From positions 129,652 to 193,651 of the forward strand of contig CAWCQK010000017.1 of assembly GCA_963797685.1 (NCBI GenBank): a DNA stretch of 64,000 nucleotides, in the 5' to 3' direction. The DNA is from an uncultured Chloroflexia bacterium (lineage in GTDB: Bacteria; Chloroflexota; Limnocylindria; Limnocylindrales; CSP1-4). The translations under genes were made by a program, and so were the position numbers. Below are positions 62,212-64,000 of the stretch, piece after piece (position 1 is the stretch's first letter; every line of letters starts with the position of its first letter). A model generated the notes under the pieces. That model did no database searches. It had not been told where the DNA came from and saw only the letters and a list, made by a program, of their open reading frames with translations.

Positions 62212-62692
62212 TCAAGGGCACGTCAGGTGAGTAGCCGTGGGACAGACGTATTCGATCGGGCCGACGCTCGTTGAGCTGAGTTGTCGGACCCCGACCGATC
62301 GAGCTGAGGATCGGCGTGATCGGTTGATACGTCGTCGTCGTCGTGACGAATGCGAGACAGCCGATCTGGAGCGCTGACGAGCAATCGTCCGTCCCGGGGT
62401 TGGAACAGTCCGTCTGCAGGGTGTCCGACGTCTTGTAGCAAACGGTCACGTTCGCGGCGACGAGCGCCACTGCCGGCGCTGCCGCGATCGCTGCGTTCTT
62501 CACTGCCGATGGCGTCTGGTTCACGATCGCCGTTCGGTCGGCTTGACGAGACGACTCGGACATCGCGTTATAGGAATAGATAGCCCGTCCGAAGTCGATG
62601 GCTCCGAAGATGAGCAGGAGGATCAAAGACATGACAAGGGCGAATTCGACCAAGGCCTGGCCGCGCCCATGCCGGCGAGTCTTCCGCTTCAT
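62212..62692 (-). pseudogene. short TadE-like gene with one frameshift (about 62298-62306)
   Basis: [30 protein letters not shown]...[11 protein letters not shown] in one frame, then VGVRQLSSTSVGPIEYVCPTATHLTCP* in the next. The span is 481 nt, which is 3n+1. ATGA overlap with the upstream gene. Confidence 0.7.
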
Positions 62693-63792
62693 CAGGGACC
62701 GACCGTGATCGTCGCGCCCGAGCAGCCACCCGGCGGATTAAGTTGTCCGCTCGTCAAGAGATTGGAAGTTGATCGGTGTAATTCCCGTCCCCGGGGGGAT
62801 TCTGCTTCTGTCAGATTCGCCAGGGTGAAGCCTGCTCCGGTCCACGTCGTGTCGGGACTGTTGACGTAAGGACGCCATGGAAGTCCGGGACCTGACAGCC
62901 GACGAGCACATAGGCGGTTCGCGTCACGACCGAAGTCCCGTTGACCGTCAGGGTGACGTTGTACGTCCCTCGGGTTGCGTAACTGTGCGTCACGCCGCTG
63001 CCGCAGTTGTTCGCCGTTCCACCATCGCCGAACGTCCAGGCGCAGGATGTCAACGAGCCCGTCGATGTATTGGTGAACGCGATCGTCGAACCCGGGATTC
63101 CGGACGGTCTGGTTCTCGCCGATGGAACCGGGTGGGCCACCACCCTGTGAGTTCAGGCTCGTCGGCGTGCCATAGAAGGCCGCAGTCGCCGGTGGCGGCG
63201 TAGGAGTCGGTGGGCCCTGGGCGTCGCTGTCGGCGTCGGAGTGGGCGTCGGCGTCGGGCGTGGCGGTAGGGGTCGGGGTAGGCGTCGGGACTGCCACGCT
63301 AACAGGAAGTGCATCGACTGTCCCGCCACGGATGGCGAACTCAGCCGCCGCACCGACCGCGACGTCTCCGTTCAAATCGCCGACGAACCCATTGATGAAT
63401 GGTGTCAGGAGCCGAAACTTGCACCGCAAGGTGACCTGGACTCGGCTCCCAAGCGCGTATTCGTTCGGGCTCGCATCGGGGAATACTGGTCCCGGAGGTG
63501 TCGCGGGCACGGGGACGCAGTTGATCGCTTCCGCGTCCCGGGTGATCAAGGTCGGCGTAGGTCGCCTTGAGAGTGGCATTTCCTGTGCCCTCCCATGCCT
63601 CGGGGTTCAGGGCAGCAAAATTGGCGCCGATTCGCGCCACGTTATTCAGCTCCACCCCCAGGCCAGGAAGACTCGGCCGAAATCGAGCGCCATCAAGACG
63701 ATCAACAAGACGACCGGCAGGACCAGGGCGAACTCGACGAGGCTTTGACCGCGCGAGCGGCGGCGATTTCGAAGCCTTGGCAGGCGAGGCAT
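62692..63792 (-). pseudogene. long TadE-like gene (Pro-Thr / Asp-Ala linker, PKD domain, PASTA-like end) disrupted by at least 4 frameshifts
   Basis: [30 protein letters not shown] (ORF 63646-63978), ELNNVARIGANFAAL... (63341-63655), ...RCKFRLLTPFINGF...[26 protein letters not shown]... (62692-63579), PKD-like GSTIAFTNTSTGSLTSCAWTFGDGGTANNCGSGVTHSYATRGTYNVTLTVNG (62811-63143), and the end ...TTWTGAGFT...GATITVGP*. Confidence 0.7.
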
Positions 63793-64000
63793 GGTGACGG
63801 GACCCCCGTGAAGATGCGAATGTCCGACAAGTCTGCCGATGGGACCTTGCAGGTCACATTGAATATCGGTACCAATTGACTGTATCGGACCGCATCGGAC
63901 CCACTCAATAGGGTGGAATCGGTACGTGGAGACACCACGACGGGGAGGACCGAACCGGACTCTTGGCGATGGCCCCATGCCATGCCGCGCCCGGATGCAG

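Overview
The window is a very GC-rich (roughly 70 percent by eye, not computed), gene-dense chromosomal segment with an actinobacterial look: GGAGG-type Shine-Dalgarno sites, frequent GTG/TTG starts, and many ATGA/GTGA stop-start overlaps. I support about 60 protein genes and one tRNA-Thr(CGU).

Gene content from start to end:
- Two transporter or membrane genes, a NarL-type regulator, an alpha/beta hydrolase, galU, and a PknB-like PASTA kinase.
- A folC-folP-folB operon led by a small Cys-containing ORF.
- An MprA/MprB/PepD-like stress module, then L25/Ctc.
- A LigC-like ligase with a Prim-Pol gene.
- A DGPF/YCII gene with an ECF sigma factor carrying a TPR tail, then Dps.
- A dimethylglycine-dehydrogenase-like gene with etfBA.
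- A BNR/Asp-box secreted protein, several VOC/cupin genes, and an AraC-MFS pair.
- A ManD(RspA)-like, Zn-ADH and FGGY-kinase sugar-acid cluster, then tatA.

The most interesting region is about 40.99-47.6 kb, with an adjacent ABC exporter and two-component system extending to about 52.8 kb. It encodes a SARP regulator, a 121-aa protein with 8 regularly spaced Cys, a stand-alone HopA1-like (lanthipeptide-lyase-like) protein, a Ser/Thr-kinase-LanC fusion with a CCG zinc motif and a PqqD/RRE-like N-terminus, and a 472-aa protein with two perfect (C-x3)5-C-P cysteine ladders. Both Cys-rich genes are preceded by arrays of GGTGACG-like heptamers at strict 11-nt phasing, which is SARP-box architecture. 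A third, inverted 8-copy array lies upstream of the SARP gene. I read this as a non-canonical, split lanthipeptide-type or protein-thioether system that I cannot assign to a described class.

The 3' end (57.6-63.8 kb) holds two tandem paralogous TadE-TadE-TadG-like triplets. One triplet is intact. The other has lower GC and many frameshifts. The long TadE-like proteins carry unusual PKD and PASTA-like C-terminal modules.

At least eight otherwise conserved genes show single +1 frameshifts, including folP, the PASTA kinase and a response regulator. These are most simply explained as insertion errors in the assembly. No CRISPR array, rRNA or transposase was seen.
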